64,000 nucleotides of DNA from Chiloscyllium plagiosum (Eukaryota). Position numbers and translations under genes: made by a program. Positions 61,830 to 64,000 of the stretch are shown here, piece after piece (the first letter of the stretch is position 1; each line of letters opens with the position of its first letter). The stretch spans positions 81,014,714 to 81,078,713 of the forward strand of contig NC_057711.1 in assembly GCF_004010195.1 (NCBI RefSeq), in the 5' to 3' direction. Under the pieces are notes generated by a model. It worked only from the letters and a program-made list of their open reading frames with translations. It did no database searches and was not told the origin of the DNA.

Positions 61830-62370
61830 ATGCAGAGACAGCAGGATGCAATCCGACACCATATGGATGTTCAGAAAGAATTTGATGAGGATCTCTACAT
61901 TGGATTGTTAGCAAAATTAAATTACCTTGAATTGGAGGAAACTTGTTATTGTTGATAATATAGAAGGCAGAGAATATAGATAAAGGGTTTTTCTTGATAG
62001 CCAGGCTGTGACAAGTGCTGTCCCTGAAGAATCAGTAAAATAGCATCAAATTTTCATGATAAAAATTGATAACTTAGATACCAGCTTGAAGATGGCATGA
62101 ACTTAGGCTCAAAGTAGGTTGTGAGGAAAGGAGAAAAATGTAAAGGCACATTGACAAATTAAGTGTTAGTTTGAAATTAAGTGAATGAAGTTCAATGTGA
62201 GAAGTGTGATGTTGTCCATCTTGGATCTGAGAAAGGCAAATGAATTTCTTTCTTAAAGCTGAGCGATTGGGTACAATGAGGCAAATGGAGTGTGGCATTC
62301 AAATATATAAATGACTAAAAGCTAATGCATAAGCATAAGGATGGAATAAAAAAAGATGAATGATAAGGTT
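61830..62370 (+). mobile_element. Old CR1 RT fragment
   Basis: MDVQKEFD, VTSAVP.ES and KFNVRS..VVHLG remnants. Confidence 0.65.
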
Positions 62371-62480
62371 TCTTGGGTCTAACTCCACTGCCCTTATAAA
62401 ATGCTTTGAATGTTATCCATTTAGTACATATAACATATATCACAAAAACTGAGTTCTTGTTGTCTTGAACTTTATGAATG

Positions 62481-62630
62481 AGTTGAAACTTTATTGCTGG
62501 AACAGCACAGCAGGTCAGGCAGCATCCAGGGAACAGGATCCTGTTCCCTGGATGCTGCCTGACCTGCTGTGCTGTTCCAGCAATAAAGTTTCAACTTTGA
62601 TCTCCAGCATCTGCAGACCTCACTTTCTCC
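62481..62630. mobile_element. Young fold-back PLE terminus: perfect 116-bp palindrome plus 34-nt tail, with TSD
   Basis: 62481-62538 is the exact reverse complement of 62539-62596 (centre aggatcct). TSD ctttatgaatga at 62470-62481 and 62630-62641. Confidence 0.96.
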
Positions 62631-62894
62631 TTTATGAATGACTTGACTTACATTTTGATTTTTCAGATTTATGCATAGTCTGACCTGTGTGCTTACTGGC
62701 TATTACTGTTATATTACATGCACATAACTGACTGACTAAACCCAATATACTGACTCCATCACAATGAGTAGGGAGAGACTGAAAGTGATGATCTTTAGAT
62801 CGGAATACCACTTGTCTAGATGTCACATCACTGTGTTGATGGTACATTGCCTGTCTTGTCTTGAATCTATAAAATAGTATACCATCCAATGGAA

Positions 62895-64000
62895 CCAAAA
62901 GCAAAAGATTGTGAATGCATGAAATCTGAAAGAAAAACAGAATGTATTGGAGAAACTCAGCAGTGCTAGCACTATCTGTAGAGAGAAAAACAAAGTTAAT
63001 GTTTTAAAAGCAATATAATTTTTCTTTAGGAAAGTGAAAAAATGATTGTTTTTTTTACTGTAGATAAAGGTGAAGAGGAGCAAATGGGATACAACAGAAC
63101 AACAAGGGCAGGCTGGGGCTTAAGGGAGATTGGATATTATACATGTTACAGAACAAAATGCCAAAGGAGTGACTGTGCATGTAGAAAAATGAAATAGTTT
63201 CAGAGTAGGTGTTAATAGAAGAATATAGGTCAGCTGCACTGAAGATCAAGAAAACCAGACATTGGGGGAGGGTGGAAGATGGGGGAGAGAAAATGCAGGA
63301 CAGAGTTCATGATCCGGTGTTTTTGAACTTGAACTTTTTGTCCAGAACACAATCAAGTGCCTAAACCAAGAACAGAAAATGAGATGCCATTCCTCCATCT
63401 AGTGTTCAGCTTCATCAGCTTCATTGGAACACTGCAGCAGACCTAGTGCAGAAATGTTAGCATGAGAGTAAAATAGCATTTTAAAATAGTAAATGACCAT
63501 CTGCATTTGGCCATCCTCCTGCCTTGGAAACTGCATTATGAGCAGTAAATACCACAGATTGTAAGTATCGCAAGTAAATCACTGCTTCACCTGGAAGGAG
63601 AGTTTAAAATCTTGGACAGTGAGGAAGGAGGAGGTTAAAAAGGCAAGTGTTACAGATGTTGAGATTGCATATGATGTCATGGAATGTAGAAAAGGTGCTG
63701 GGGATGATAGAAAAGTGCATGATGGGGTCACAAACAGAACAGAATGCCAACTGGAGAGTAGAGGGGAAATGGTAGCATATGCTAGAGGTGATGGAACTAA
63801 TGGAAGCTGACCCTTTTCACTTGGAGGCTAGTGGGGTATAAAGTGAGGACAAGAGGAACCCTGTGGCAGTCTGGAAAATAAGGGAAAGGGTGAAGGCAGA
63901 GGTGTGAGAATTGGGTCAGACATAGTTATAAGCTGTATTCACTGTAGTGGGGGTAAGGGAATAAGGGTGGGGGAGTGGGCTGGGAGCAGTGTGTAGATTT
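62895..64000 (-). mobile_element. Old Penelope-like element 3' region, running off the window end
   Basis: Terminal motif at about 62900-63020. aaatgagatgccattc and gtaaatcactgcttcacctggaagg correspond to the GIY-YIG region of the PLE at about 11590-11850. Confidence 0.7.

Noticed and set aside
1..64000. The many 60-200 aa ORFs in the track as host genes
   Set aside because: Many start at non-ATG codons. They are alternate frames or antisense of transposons, or random ORFs. None shows a recognisable host domain with a supporting splice structure.

Overview
Eukaryotic, repeat-dominated DNA that looks intergenic or deep-intronic. It is most likely from a shark, judged from HE1-type tRNA SINEs and their CR1/HER1-type partner LINEs, which I recognised from memory and not by search. 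I found no convincing host protein-coding exon. Most short ORFs in the track are spurious or are transposon fragments. The dominant feature is a near full-length, CpG-rich but frameshifted Tx1-group (L1 clade) non-LTR retrotransposon at about 485-7654 (ORF1 with CCHC knuckle; ORF2 with APE endonuclease, RT YADD and a C-terminal Cys/His motif). Its ends are unusual. A 24-bp AATAAA-containing segment is repeated at both termini, the A-rich tail lies upstream rather than downstream, and a 57-bp hairpin motif occurs once at the 5' end and twice at the 3' end. The second theme is Penelope-like elements (PLEs): RT/GIY-YIG fragments and many short terminal pieces with minimal hammerhead-ribozyme cores. 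Several of these are fold-back palindromes with target-site duplications (TSDs) and a consistent 30-45 nt one-sided tail. The rest is layered CR1 LINE fragments, SINEs, decayed Harbinger remnants, a Tigger-like MITE, LTR-like pieces and a few unexplained duplications. Boundaries of old repeats are approximate and were read by eye.
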